Below the pieces are notes generated by a model. The model was given only the letters and a program-made list of their open reading frames with translations. It had not been told where the DNA came from and searched no databases. Both the position numbers and the translations under genes were made by a program. This document shows, piece by piece, positions 55,278-64,000 of a stretch of 64,000 nt of DNA; the first letter of the stretch is position 1, and each line of letters starts with the position of its first letter. The stretch comes from Candidatus Marinacidobacterales bacterium (GTDB taxonomy: Bacteria; Acidobacteriota; Vicinamibacteria; Marinacidobacterales; DATDRI01), in the NCBI GenBank assembly GCA_965219415.1, contig CBDCNP010000002.1:5248001-5312000 (forward strand), in the 5' to 3' direction.

Positions 55278-55308
55278 CGACAGTTCTGCAAGGGTTTTTT
55301 TCTTCGCG

Positions 55309-55363
55309 AGGCCCGGTGATCTCCCTAAAAGCCTCTTCCTAAGAGAAGACCGCCGGGCCTTTT
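55309..55363. terminator. Hairpin between convergent genes
   Basis: AGGCCCGGTG ... CGCCGGGCCT followed by TTT. Confidence 0.5.
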
Positions 55364-55378
55364 GCTATTGGGATCGGT

Positions 55379-55888
55379 TCAGGAAATCGAACGGGTGACC
55401 GGAAACTCGCTGCGCTCCGCTTCGGCCTTGAGCCGCTCCCGCTCCCGGAGCACAAGGGGGGTCAGAGGCGGCTCCTCCAGCTCGAGCCTCTGGCGCTCGA
55501 CGTTCCAGAGCTCCCCTAGCTGAGCGTGCAGCCAGCTGAGCTCTTCGAGGGAGTACCGAGTGTCCGTGGATTCATAGCGCTGGATCCAATGGCTCTCATC
55601 CTCGCACACGACGGTAAACCACAACCAGTCTACGCGTTCGTTGGAGCGGCGCGATTCTTCAAAGCCCTGGAGGACGGCATCCACGAGGCCACCGTTACCC
55701 AAGAGCCCGTTTCGCGAGGCGATGTAACCAACGCCCCTAATCAAGTAGAGAAGACACCAGCGGATTTCAGGAGTCAACGACTCCGGGTCGGCAAGCATGC
55801 GAGGAACGAGGTTGTACGCCACTCCCTCCTCTTCATTGAGGAGAAGGCGATACAGCTCCTCTCGAATTTGAAACTTCTGACCCGACAT
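55379..55888 (-). CDS. Hypothetical protein
   Basis: 169-aa ATG ORF filling the gap, natural composition. Confidence 0.65.
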   Translation of the reverse strand: MSGQKFQIREELYRLLLNEEEGVAYNLVPRMLADPESLTPEIRWCLLYLIRGVGYIASRNGLLGNGGLVDAVLQGFEESRRSNERVDWLWFTVVCEDESHWIQRYESTDTRYSLEELSWLHAQLGELWNVERQRLELEEPPLTPLVLRERERLKAEAERSEFPVTRSIS

Positions 55889-55999
55889 CGTCTTATCAAT
55901 TGAGAACCTACGGGCGCCGACGAGAAACGGCAGCTACCGTCCTCGCGAAGCCCGTCACCTCTAGGATACCAGGAAGAAAGCTCTTACGCAGTTTTTTTC

Positions 56000-57862
56000 T
56001 CAACGCGCGTAGCCGAGAGCACGTAGTTTGTCAAGCTGGTCGGGGGTAAGCTCTACCGCAGGTGGGGGGGCGCCGCTTTCGCGCCGCTCGCTCGCCCGAG
56101 CAAGGAAGGATTCAACTTGCTGTAGGGCCCGCTCTACCCAGCTCGGCTCGCCGGACACCAGATCGTCTCGTTCTCGAGGGTCCTTCGCCAGATCGTAGAG
56201 CTCGACCGACGCTTCCAAGCCATCGTCGCCGCGGGTGACGATGAGCTTCTTGCCGTTGGCCCCTTGCCTCCAGGCCAATTTGTGGGAATCGTCTACGGTG
56301 TGCTGGGTTTCGGCCCATACACCTCCACCAGGGGCAACAGAGCCAGGGGGGCCGGCGGGCGACTTCTCAGAGCCCCGAATGAGGCCCAAGAGGCTTCGTC
56401 CTTGGAATCCGGCTGCCGCCGGGGACCCCAGATCGTCCAGAATCGTCGGCGCCACGTCGACCAGGCTGACTTGCTGAGAGACGCGACGACCCGCTCCTTC
56501 GCTCCCGGGCAGCTTCATCAGTAACGGAATACGCAAGACTTCTTCGTACAACGTCTTCTGGTGCTCCCAACCTCCATGTTCGAGGAACTCCTCCCCGTGG
56601 TCCGAAGTAACCACCACCAAAGACTTGTCGTATATCCCCACTTCTTTCATCACTCGGAACAACCGCCCCAATTGCCGGTCCGCGTACAGGATCTCGCCGT
56701 CATAAAGCGCCAAGATGTGCCGGAGATCCCGTGGATCGATCGAGTCCGCCGTCTCCTCCTTGAACTCCCACCAAACGCCGCTGGCCACGCCCGCATAGTC
56801 TGGGTCGAACGTCCTATCGAAGGGGGGCGGTGGGTCGTAGTGCCAATGGGGATCGTAGTAGTGGAGAAAGAGAAAGAAGTCACGGTCGCCCCTCTCTCTC
56901 AAGAAAGAGATGGCGCGCTCGGTAACCGGCTCCGCTCGCGCGTCGTAGCGATACCAGTGACCGTCGAAGCCGTGGCCGAAACCGTATTGCTTCGATAGAT
57001 AGAGGTGTGTCACCACCGCCTGCGTGAAAAACCCGTTTTGTTGCAGAAGACGCGGGAGACTCGACACATCATCGGGCACCCCTCGATGGAGGTCCACTGC
57101 ACCGTGGGAGGAGGGATATAGGGAGGTCAAGAGGGAGGCGTGCGCGGGAAGCGTCCAGGGAGCCGTGGTCACGGCGTCTTCGAAAACGACTCCCTCGTTG
57201 GCAAGCGCCTCGAGAGTCGGGGTGGTCCTCCGCCCATAACCGTAGACGCTGACATGATCCCGGCGCAAAGTATCTATTGATACGACGATGACTCCCCTGC
57301 CCTCCCGATAGCGTGCCCGATCGTGAAGGATCGGGTCCGCGAAGAGCGCCGCAAAACCAAGTGCTCCTATCGCATCTCCAGTTGCGTCCGCGCCGGCCTT
57401 TCCACCCTCGAAGCTCAACCAGATCTCTTTCCCCGCAAAAGGTCGGAGGTCGACCGATTGGTCGATCCACTGATCGCTTCGCGCGGTATGGATCTCCCGC
57501 TGGAAAACAACGCTAGACGGGCTCTCGACGCCGGCCTTCACCACGAAGCGAGCCTTGCCGCCGGCAACTCCCTCGTCTATTTTCTTCCGCTTGATGCCAA
57601 TGGCGAAGGTAAGCAAGGGGCGGGGCGGAAGCTTGACGCGAAACCGAACCTCGGAAGGAGTCGGTGCCGTGAGGCAAGGCCTCGAGTCTTCACCCAGACT
57701 CACCGGAGAAGAAATCGCCGGCTCAGAAGAATTGGAAAAAACCACGTACGTTTGTTCGAGAAGAGAAACCGGTGGCTCGGATGGCACCTTCCGACTGCAG
57801 GCCGGGAGCGCCGTCACGGTTAGGACGATGGAGAGGAAGCGAAGCATTCCGGCGCCAGACAT
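56000..57862 (-). CDS. Sulfatase-like lipoprotein
   Basis: SIDTLRRDH, WTLPAHASLLT (Thr type), HYYDPH, YDGEI, TSDHGEEF.EHG, LYEE..IPL, ELYDL..DP.E, L.ALGY. Confidence 0.92.
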   Translation of the reverse strand: MSGAGMLRFLSIVLTVTALPACSRKVPSEPPVSLLEQTYVVFSNSSEPAISSPVSLGEDSRPCLTAPTPSEVRFRVKLPPRPLLTFAIGIKRKKIDEGVAGGKARFVVKAGVESPSSVVFQREIHTARSDQWIDQSVDLRPFAGKEIWLSFEGGKAGADATGDAIGALGFAALFADPILHDRARYREGRGVIVVSIDTLRRDHVSVYGYGRRTTPTLEALANEGVVFEDAVTTAPWTLPAHASLLTSLYPSSHGAVDLHRGVPDDVSSLPRLLQQNGFFTQAVVTHLYLSKQYGFGHGFDGHWYRYDARAEPVTERAISFLRERGDRDFFLFLHYYDPHWHYDPPPPFDRTFDPDYAGVASGVWWEFKEETADSIDPRDLRHILALYDGEILYADRQLGRLFRVMKEVGIYDKSLVVVTSDHGEEFLEHGGWEHQKTLYEEVLRIPLLMKLPGSEGAGRRVSQQVSLVDVAPTILDDLGSPAAAGFQGRSLLGLIRGSEKSPAGPPGSVAPGGGVWAETQHTVDDSHKLAWRQGANGKKLIVTRGDDGLEASVELYDLAKDPRERDDLVSGEPSWVERALQQVESFLARASERRESGAPPPAVELTPDQLDKLRALGYAR

Positions 57863-57872
57863 CGAGCTCCGC

Positions 57873-58268
57873 CTACGATGAACGCCGATTCTCTGGTGTC
57901 TCTTCGCGAAAACTGAACCCGCAAGCCTCCCACGGATTCACGATGTTTCGGTCCCGTATGTCTCTCTCATCGATTGGAAACGTCGTGCAGTTCTTCGGGC
58001 GACCCTTGTAGATCCCACATAAAGGAATGCGGCTTGCCCAATTCAATAGGGGGCACGGAAACATTACGTTGCAGCACGCGCCGGTACGATGGCAATTACC
58101 GACCCGTCGCGCGAGACTCTCTTCAACGTAGCGGGGTCTGAAATTTACCAGATACAAACGCCGCATCTTGCCCCAAAGGAGAATGCCGCGTTCTCTCCAC
58201 CTCAGCGACCGAAGCCTCTGTCGACCTCGCTGTTGGTAGACGCCCGCACCTTCGAAGAGTACCTGCAT
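57873..58268 (-). CDS. Small Cys-cluster protein (CxxxxxCC type)
   Basis: GNCHRTGACC...CPLL...C.IY..RP..C..FP. Confidence 0.7.
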   Translation of the reverse strand: MQVLFEGAGVYQQRGRQRLRSLRWRERGILLWGKMRRLYLVNFRPRYVEESLARRVGNCHRTGACCNVMFPCPLLNWASRIPLCGIYKGRPKNCTTFPIDERDIRDRNIVNPWEACGFSFREETPENRRSS

Positions 58269-58335
58269 GGAGGGGGAATCTTAGGCTAGCCCGCCCGCGG
58301 CCGTCAACCACGGAGCGTGCTCTATCAGGAAAACC

Positions 58336-58929
58336 TTATCGCTGTCGCTTCAGCAAGGCTTCGGTCCCGGAGCCCCAGTTGAAGAGGCACCCCAGCGTGT
58401 CCATGATCGGGGCATCGATCTTTTCGACATTTTGAGCGGCGACGACCTGAATCTTCCCGATCCCCGGAGCCGCAGCAAATGGCACGAACATGGTCAAGTT
58501 ACCGTCCGCGTGCTCCTCCACGATGTAGGCTAACGTCCGCGCCCCCGGGCCCACGGAAAGAAGCGCGGGCTGGAGCTGTCCCGGAACATCCCCACCCGAC
58601 AACCTTCGAGAAAAGCTCCGCAGCAACGCGTACGGGGCGAAGCGCATGAGAATCTTGTTCTCGAACGACCGCCCGAAACGGCTGCCGACTGGGGACTGGT
58701 CGATCACCCCCACAAGCAAGGAGACCACGATCAGCACACCGGCTGCTGTGAAGCGATGGACCCATACGTCGGGGAAGGCGCTCGCGGGCAAGAGGTCCGC
58801 GATCGGTGTGGTCAGACCCATCAAGATGTCAAACAGCCCGCCGATCAGGAGGTAGGACAGAATCAGCGGCAGCAGGAGCAGGAAGCCGTCCATGAAACGC
58901 CTGCCCAAGAAACTCAACACGTCTTTCAC
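58336..58929 (-). CDS. DUF502-like membrane protein
   Basis: G...LLPL, E..IL...P.Y, FVP.A..P..G. Confidence 0.75.
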   Translation of the reverse strand: MKDVLSFLGRRFMDGFLLLLPLILSYLLIGGLFDILMGLTTPIADLLPASAFPDVWVHRFTAAGVLIVVSLLVGVIDQSPVGSRFGRSFENKILMRFAPYALLRSFSRRLSGGDVPGQLQPALLSVGPGARTLAYIVEEHADGNLTMFVPFAAAPGIGKIQVVAAQNVEKIDAPIMDTLGCLFNWGSGTEALLKRQR

Positions 58930-58951
58930 GTCGGTCTAGTCCTTTCTGGAT

Positions 58952-59503
58952 TTAGGACGCGGACGCCCTCGGGAAGACGGCCGTAGCGCCATGATGGAAC
59001 AGGGTCCGCACTTTGTCCCAGAACTCCCCGCCGAGGACGAAAAAGCTGACCAAGTACATTGCATCGCCCACCACGCCGAGCACCACGCGGTTCGCCTCGT
59101 AGCCGGGGATGAAGTGGGCAACGTAGGGAATCAACCAGCCGAATAGGAGCGGAAGTAGGAACATGAGGAGGCCGATGCGATAGCGCGTGCGGCTCACCCT
59201 CTCCGGCGGGGCGTATCGCCGGAGGATCCCAAAGAGGAGCCGCTTGAGGTGCTCGAAGCCAGACTTGCCGAGGATCGCAACCGCCGCGAGGGAGAAGAGC
59301 TCCGGGATGCCGACGGCAAGAATGACCGACAAAGTGGTCTTCCAGGCGCTCGGGAGGCTCGACGTCGCGACGAGGGGGATGAGGGCCGGACAGCCCAGCC
59401 CGATGAGGAAGAGAGCAGCGCCCAATCGGAAACGCCGAGCGGCGCGTCCGTGGGGCTCGGTGTTGGCGTCGCTCGCCGCATCCCTAGACCTTTGGCCGGT
59501 CAT
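58952..59503 (-). CDS. Small membrane protein (transporter-suffix-domain type)
   Basis: PELFSLAAVAILGKSGF..LK, S.FVLGGEFWDKVR.LF. Confidence 0.75.
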   Translation of the reverse strand: MTGQRSRDAASDANTEPHGRAARRFRLGAALFLIGLGCPALIPLVATSSLPSAWKTTLSVILAVGIPELFSLAAVAILGKSGFEHLKRLLFGILRRYAPPERVSRTRYRIGLLMFLLPLLFGWLIPYVAHFIPGYEANRVVLGVVGDAMYLVSFFVLGGEFWDKVRTLFHHGATAVFPRASAS

Positions 59504-59510
59504 GGTGTCA

Positions 59511-59680
59511 TCACTGTTCGAAGCTATGGTAGGCGACGATGCGCCATTGGCCGTTCTCTCGATTCCAAAGCAGCTCCAGAATGGCCCCCCTCTTCTTTGA
59601 AGCGGAAGAGAGCGCCGTAGTACTCTGCGGCCTGCGGTCTCTCTTGTGATCCCCTGTCGTGTCCCGGCCTCTTTCGTTGG
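59511..59680 (-). pseudogene. C-terminal remnant paralogous to 61237-62571
   Basis: YYGALFRFKEEG..ILELLWNRENGQWRIVAYHSFEQ*. Confidence 0.75.
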
Positions 59681-59682
59681 CG

Positions 59683-61198
59683 TCAAAAGCGAACGCTCGC
59701 GATCAAGTGTGGTAGCCGCACACCGATTCCGGCCCCTACCAACCAATCAGGGACGTTCTCGACCAAACCCAGTCCAGCGCGCACGTCCAGTTGAAAACTC
59801 GGTCCTACGAGGTACGTGATGCCCGCCTGCGCAGAGTGACGGTCCGTTCGCGCGTCGCTGAGCGCGAAGGCCCCGAAGAGCTCGGCGAACCAGCCGGCCC
59901 CGTCCGCTACGGGCCCACTGAGCATCAACGTGTAGGGCAGGTCGACGACGGTTCTCTCCCGGCCTTCTTTCTCGAGCCGGATGAAACTCGGCCCGACGTT
60001 GTAGGTCAGGCTCAGAAGGGCCAACGTCCTCGAGAAGAGCAGCAGGAGCTTTGGATTCACGAAATCGTCGGTGAACTCCGCATCCCCGACAGGAAAGCTC
60101 AGGTCACCGAGGAGCGACACCGCGGGCCGACGGCCTTGCTCGTCCACCAGAGCCCACTTCGCGCCGATGCTCACATCGTTAAAACCGTCTTCCCTGCGGC
60201 GCACCTCTGGCGAGCCCTCGTTCTTGAAGCTGAATCCGGTCATCGGAAAGACCCACCTTGCCGCGCGGTCGATGCGAAGAGCGAGTTTGTCGCGATCCGC
60301 CTTCGTCAGGACCGCCGTGGCGACCGCCTCTGCGAAGGCGAAGAAAACCATCGCAAGCGATGCAAACAGAAAGACATCCATCCGGGTCAGGTAGGGCAGC
60401 CTCGGCAGGATCGCGTTCAGACTGAACAAAAAGGCGATGAGAGTCAGGATCGAGGTTGCAGCCAGACCCATTTGGACCCCGGCCATGTCAGGGTCGATCC
60501 AGAAGACGGCCCAGGACATCAAGACGATAAAGGTGAGCGGGACGATCACTCGAAAGACGTAGTATCCGAGCTTCCGTCTCACGTGAAAGCGATAGTCAAA
60601 CTGTGCGAATTGCTCCGCCCCCCCGGTGGCGCTCGTCCCCTCGGTCCGGAAGACACCGAATTCCCGAGTCTCCTCGACGATCGACCAGCCGGAGACTGCC
60701 ATGGTCTCCGCGTGAACGGGCGTCGTCTGGTCAACGACAAGGTTCAACTGTTCCGGCCCGTATTCGGTGGAGACGAAGGTCAAGGGCAGATGTTGTATGT
60801 CGCGGGGAACTCACGGAGGTCGAACGGGGAGCGGAGTGTTCCCTGTACGCGATGGATGAACTCCACGTTACCGTCGTCGTCCGTGACGAGACGCGGCGGG
60901 GCCTGGTAAGCGGTGTCCCTTCGATTGAACAGGACGATCTGCGGAGTCCAGATGGCCTCCGGTGAGAAGCGGCAGTTCTCTCTTCCGGATGCCCGCACAC
61001 TGGCCGCCAGGCGCGGATCGGTCGAGGAGGTGAGTGCTGTGAAAAAAGCGAAGGCTGGCCCCGTGCCGCGGGATCGCTATGCAGCCCCGGGATTGTGAAC
61101 CACCGCTTCGGATCCTTCTCCTCCTCGGGTGCCGCCGACAGGTCCGCGGCTACATAAAACGACAGCATCAACATGAGCAACGTTCTCAACGTCAGCAT
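59683..61198 (-). pseudogene. Decayed pentameric ligand-gated ion channel fused to a beta-barrel 'transporter' C-terminus
   Basis: IWTPQI...N, FDLREFP, RRKLGYYVFRVIVPL, M2 TSILTLIAF, LPRLPYLT.MD, ID...RWVFP, then D.SIGAKW...QLD...G.GL...D...G.G. Confidence 0.75.
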
Positions 61199-61236
61199 GT
61201 CTTGTTCACTTCCTGAAGGTGAGGGGTAAATCGTAA

Positions 61237-62571
61237 CTACTGCTCGAAGGCACGGTAGGCGACGATGCGCCACTGACCGTTCTCGCGATTCCACAGCAAG
61301 CCCAGAATGGCCGCACCCTCTTCTTTGAAGCGGAAGAGAACACCGTAATAGTCGGCGAGTTCGGGTCTCTCTTGACCGCAGAGGTACGGCTCGGCATCCT
61401 CCCGCGCCATTCTGTCGAGAGCGAAATCGCCAGAGTAGGGGTGCTCTTCGAGGATTATTGTGGGATCCCAGGGCTCCACGGCATCCACGGCCTCGGTCAA
61501 ATTGTCCCGATCGCCCATCTCCTTGGCCGAGTGCTCCATGATCTCGCGGAGGTGCTCGCGAGCGCCGCGCGCGTCCAGAGCTTCCTTGTCGACATCATCA
61601 TCCACATTGAGACAAGCCAACGCTTGGTCGGAGAGAAAATCGACCGCTTCGCCGTATTGCCCGCGCACCAGCCAGTCGCTCAGAAACTTCTGAACCGCAT
61701 CGTGGATCTCGGGGATTTGGGCGTTGCCCGGACGATTCGGTGGGGTAGGCGTTGGAGGCTCGGGTCTTTCGGTTGCGTAGAGATCCCGGGCGCTCCTTTC
61801 TCCCTCGGGCAACCTGCCGAAGCGCTCTGCCCACCACGCGTGGAGGCCACTCCAGCGCACCGAGTGCCGTTTGTGGTTGTCTCCTTGTCGTACGTCGGAA
61901 TTGGCTGACGTGAGGTGCCCGTTGAACAGGGCCTGTGGCGACTTGCTGGAACGGTAGTCCACGTCGATGTCCGCTTTCTTCTTGTCTTCGGAGATCGAGA
62001 ACTGGATGGTGGGCTCCTTGCCGGCCTGACGGAATGAATATGGGTATCCGACATGGTAGACGGTGTTCAAGTGGCCGAGGCCGAACTCCTGAGAATTCTC
62101 GAGCGTCTCTCTCGTCCCTGGCTCCAAATAGACATAGAGGCGGAACTGTTGGTCCCCTTCTCGACCGTAGTATTGACCCGCGACGCGCTCGAGGCTCTTG
62201 ACGAGATCGAGCGCCGTTCCGAGCGAGTCCCCTTGTTCGTCCGTTAGCTGGGAGTTCATCAGCGCATGAGTCACCGCGTCATAAGTCGTGCGTTCCGATA
62301 TGGTGAGGGAATCGAAATATTGCTGGGGAGTATAGTTCTTGCCAGTACTCTCGTTGTAGAGATCGGTGTAGGGCCCGAAGAGTGACTTCTGTTTCTCTTG
62401 TAGGTCAGTGTAGCGGCTCCTTCCGGTGTCGACGTCTCTGGCGGGATCGGCGATCACCTTACCGGGCCAGCTGTAGTCAATCCCGACGACGCGGAGCGTT
62501 TGTCGCTCCCGGCGCAAGAAGACCGCGACTTTCATGTTGTTCGCGGTCCTCCGCACCGATCCGGGCCGCAA
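61237..62571 (-). CDS. Conserved hypothetical protein (5' end probably frameshifted)
   Basis: 444-aa ORF with natural composition; partial paralog at 59511. Confidence 0.65.
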   Translation of the reverse strand: MRPGSVRRTANNMKVAVFLRRERQTLRVVGIDYSWPGKVIADPARDVDTGRSRYTDLQEKQKSLFGPYTDLYNESTGKNYTPQQYFDSLTISERTTYDAVTHALMNSQLTDEQGDSLGTALDLVKSLERVAGQYYGREGDQQFRLYVYLEPGTRETLENSQEFGLGHLNTVYHVGYPYSFRQAGKEPTIQFSISEDKKKADIDVDYRSSKSPQALFNGHLTSANSDVRQGDNHKRHSVRWSGLHAWWAERFGRLPEGERSARDLYATERPEPPTPTPPNRPGNAQIPEIHDAVQKFLSDWLVRGQYGEAVDFLSDQALACLNVDDDVDKEALDARGAREHLREIMEHSAKEMGDRDNLTEAVDAVEPWDPTIILEEHPYSGDFALDRMAREDAEPYLCGQERPELADYYGVLFRFKEEGAAILGLLWNRENGQWRIVAYRAFEQ

Positions 62572-62579
62572 AGTAGGAA

Positions 62580-64000
62580 CCCGGTTCGCCGTTCATCACC
62601 TTCGACGGTATCTTGAAGCCCGTCAGTCCACTCAACCTGTCGAGCACACCGGTTTCATTATTCAACTCCAGCCATCGGACGTTGTAGGCGCGATCTAATA
62701 CGAAACTCTCTTGGAGCTCCCGATCGTCGTATCTGAGCTCGCCGTTCTCTATCCGGAAGTTGTCCAGCGGAAGGACCTTCCCGAAATAGGTCCTCAGAAT
62801 GCGGTTGCGACGGGCGATGAGGCTCTTGGCAATCCACGCTTCCGCCCGCGGGTCGCTATACTGCCCCGGTACTCACCAGAGCCTCGATGTCTTCGTTCGT
62901 TAGAGCCGCGACTTTTCTGGCTGCCCAAAACGTGTCGTCGGGCAGCCGGTTGGCAAAAGGAGCCATCTCGTAGTTGGGCTCCCACTTTTCTGGGTCGAAG
63001 GTCTCGTAGTCGAAGCGCCCCACCGACCTCAAACCTGGGTAATTGGCTCGCATCCACCGGGGTGTGTAAATACCCATGCCGACGATATTCTTGGCCGTGC
63101 GGCCGCCGTCGTAGAAAGGGTCGTTGCCTTCGCGGGCAATCTTGCGCCGCGAGCCTGCGCTTCCCAGCGTTGCCGTGAAGTCGATGAGGTAATGACGGAT
63201 ATGCGGTGTCCCCCCCTCCTCGACGAGCACATCCAGCGTGTTCATCGCCCGCATTTGGACGTGATTGAGCCATGCGCAGAAGACGTAGAGCCCCCGGAGA
63301 TCCCGGCGATGCTCATGGGGGACGATGTCATTGGGGTCGTCGCTGCGGGCTCCGAAGATCTGGTAAGGCCCCAATAGACCCTTCCAACGAGAGGGAGCCC
63401 TAGTCGCCACCGCGCGGTAGCCTCTCTTTGGATCTCGGGCGGCCGCCTCGAGGAAGTTATCGAATATTCTCTTCGGTTAGATCCCGGACGTCACCCATGC
63501 TGGTGATGTCTTCGCCGGCCTCCGAGGCTACGAGTTGTGCTCGATCGAAGTATACAATGTAGTTTTCGGGCACGTAGTACCCGAGGGCATAGAAAGCCCG
63601 CGAACTCACCATGTTCGCCCCGGGGGCCATTTCTAGAAAGCCCACGGGATCGAACCGCAAGAGATATAGCTCGTTCTCCGCGTCACGGATGAGAATCCCC
63701 GGTCGGAGGCCGTGAGATTTGACGACCGACGCTTGCCACTTTCCATCCCTAGAAGGAGGGTCGTTGTCGCCCGGACCACGAAGTAGTTTTTCTTTCGTCA
63801 AGCGTGTCGGCGTGACGATTCACGTACCAGGGGCTGTCGGGAACCTCCCCCAACGTATTGACGCCACCCGCGGGTATCACCCCGACCTCGGGATGCCGCT
63901 CTCCGGGATTGCCGAAGATGTTGTTGACGAACTCCATGATCTCGCTGAGGTCTCGGAATCCGGGATCGTAAGTGGCAACGGGAGCCGGCTCTTTCTCCAG
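62580..64000 (-). pseudogene. Large hypothetical protein with kinase-like motifs, several frameshifts, runs off window
   Basis: Pieces 63749-63937, 63457-63801, 62856-63410; RRDLRGL.VF.AWLNH....N...YLIDF..TLGS. Confidence 0.55.

Overview
GC-rich bacterial window. The gene content suggests an Acidobacteriota-like lineage, but that is inference only. Ordinary genes lie at both ends. Left: receiver domain, NHEJ Ku plus ligase-only LigD, Nudix. Right: lytic transglycosylase, CaiB, FadI thiolase, TPR, sulfatase, DUF502-like, a decayed pentameric ion channel and hypotheticals. Between about 3.6 and 49.6 kb lies a dense mosaic of nested, mostly broken mobile elements: IS30, IS3, IS5, IS21, IS256, IS1, IS110/IS1111, an unassigned rve-domain transposase family with several MITE derivatives, a 166-bp IS1-type MITE and an RT-deleted group II intron. 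Cargo genes and defence-gene fragments sit among them. Best signal: an intact IS1111-type recombinase (38440-39471) whose 3' non-coding end carries a readable bridge/seek RNA. Its guides match its own circle junction and the right terminal repeat of the resident IS1-family element, which is exactly where it is inserted. Also notable is a 9.15-kb inversion with no repeat at its breakpoints that splits both an IS1 copy and an M28 peptidase. Frequent indels and missing target-site duplications mean assembly or long-read error cannot be excluded.
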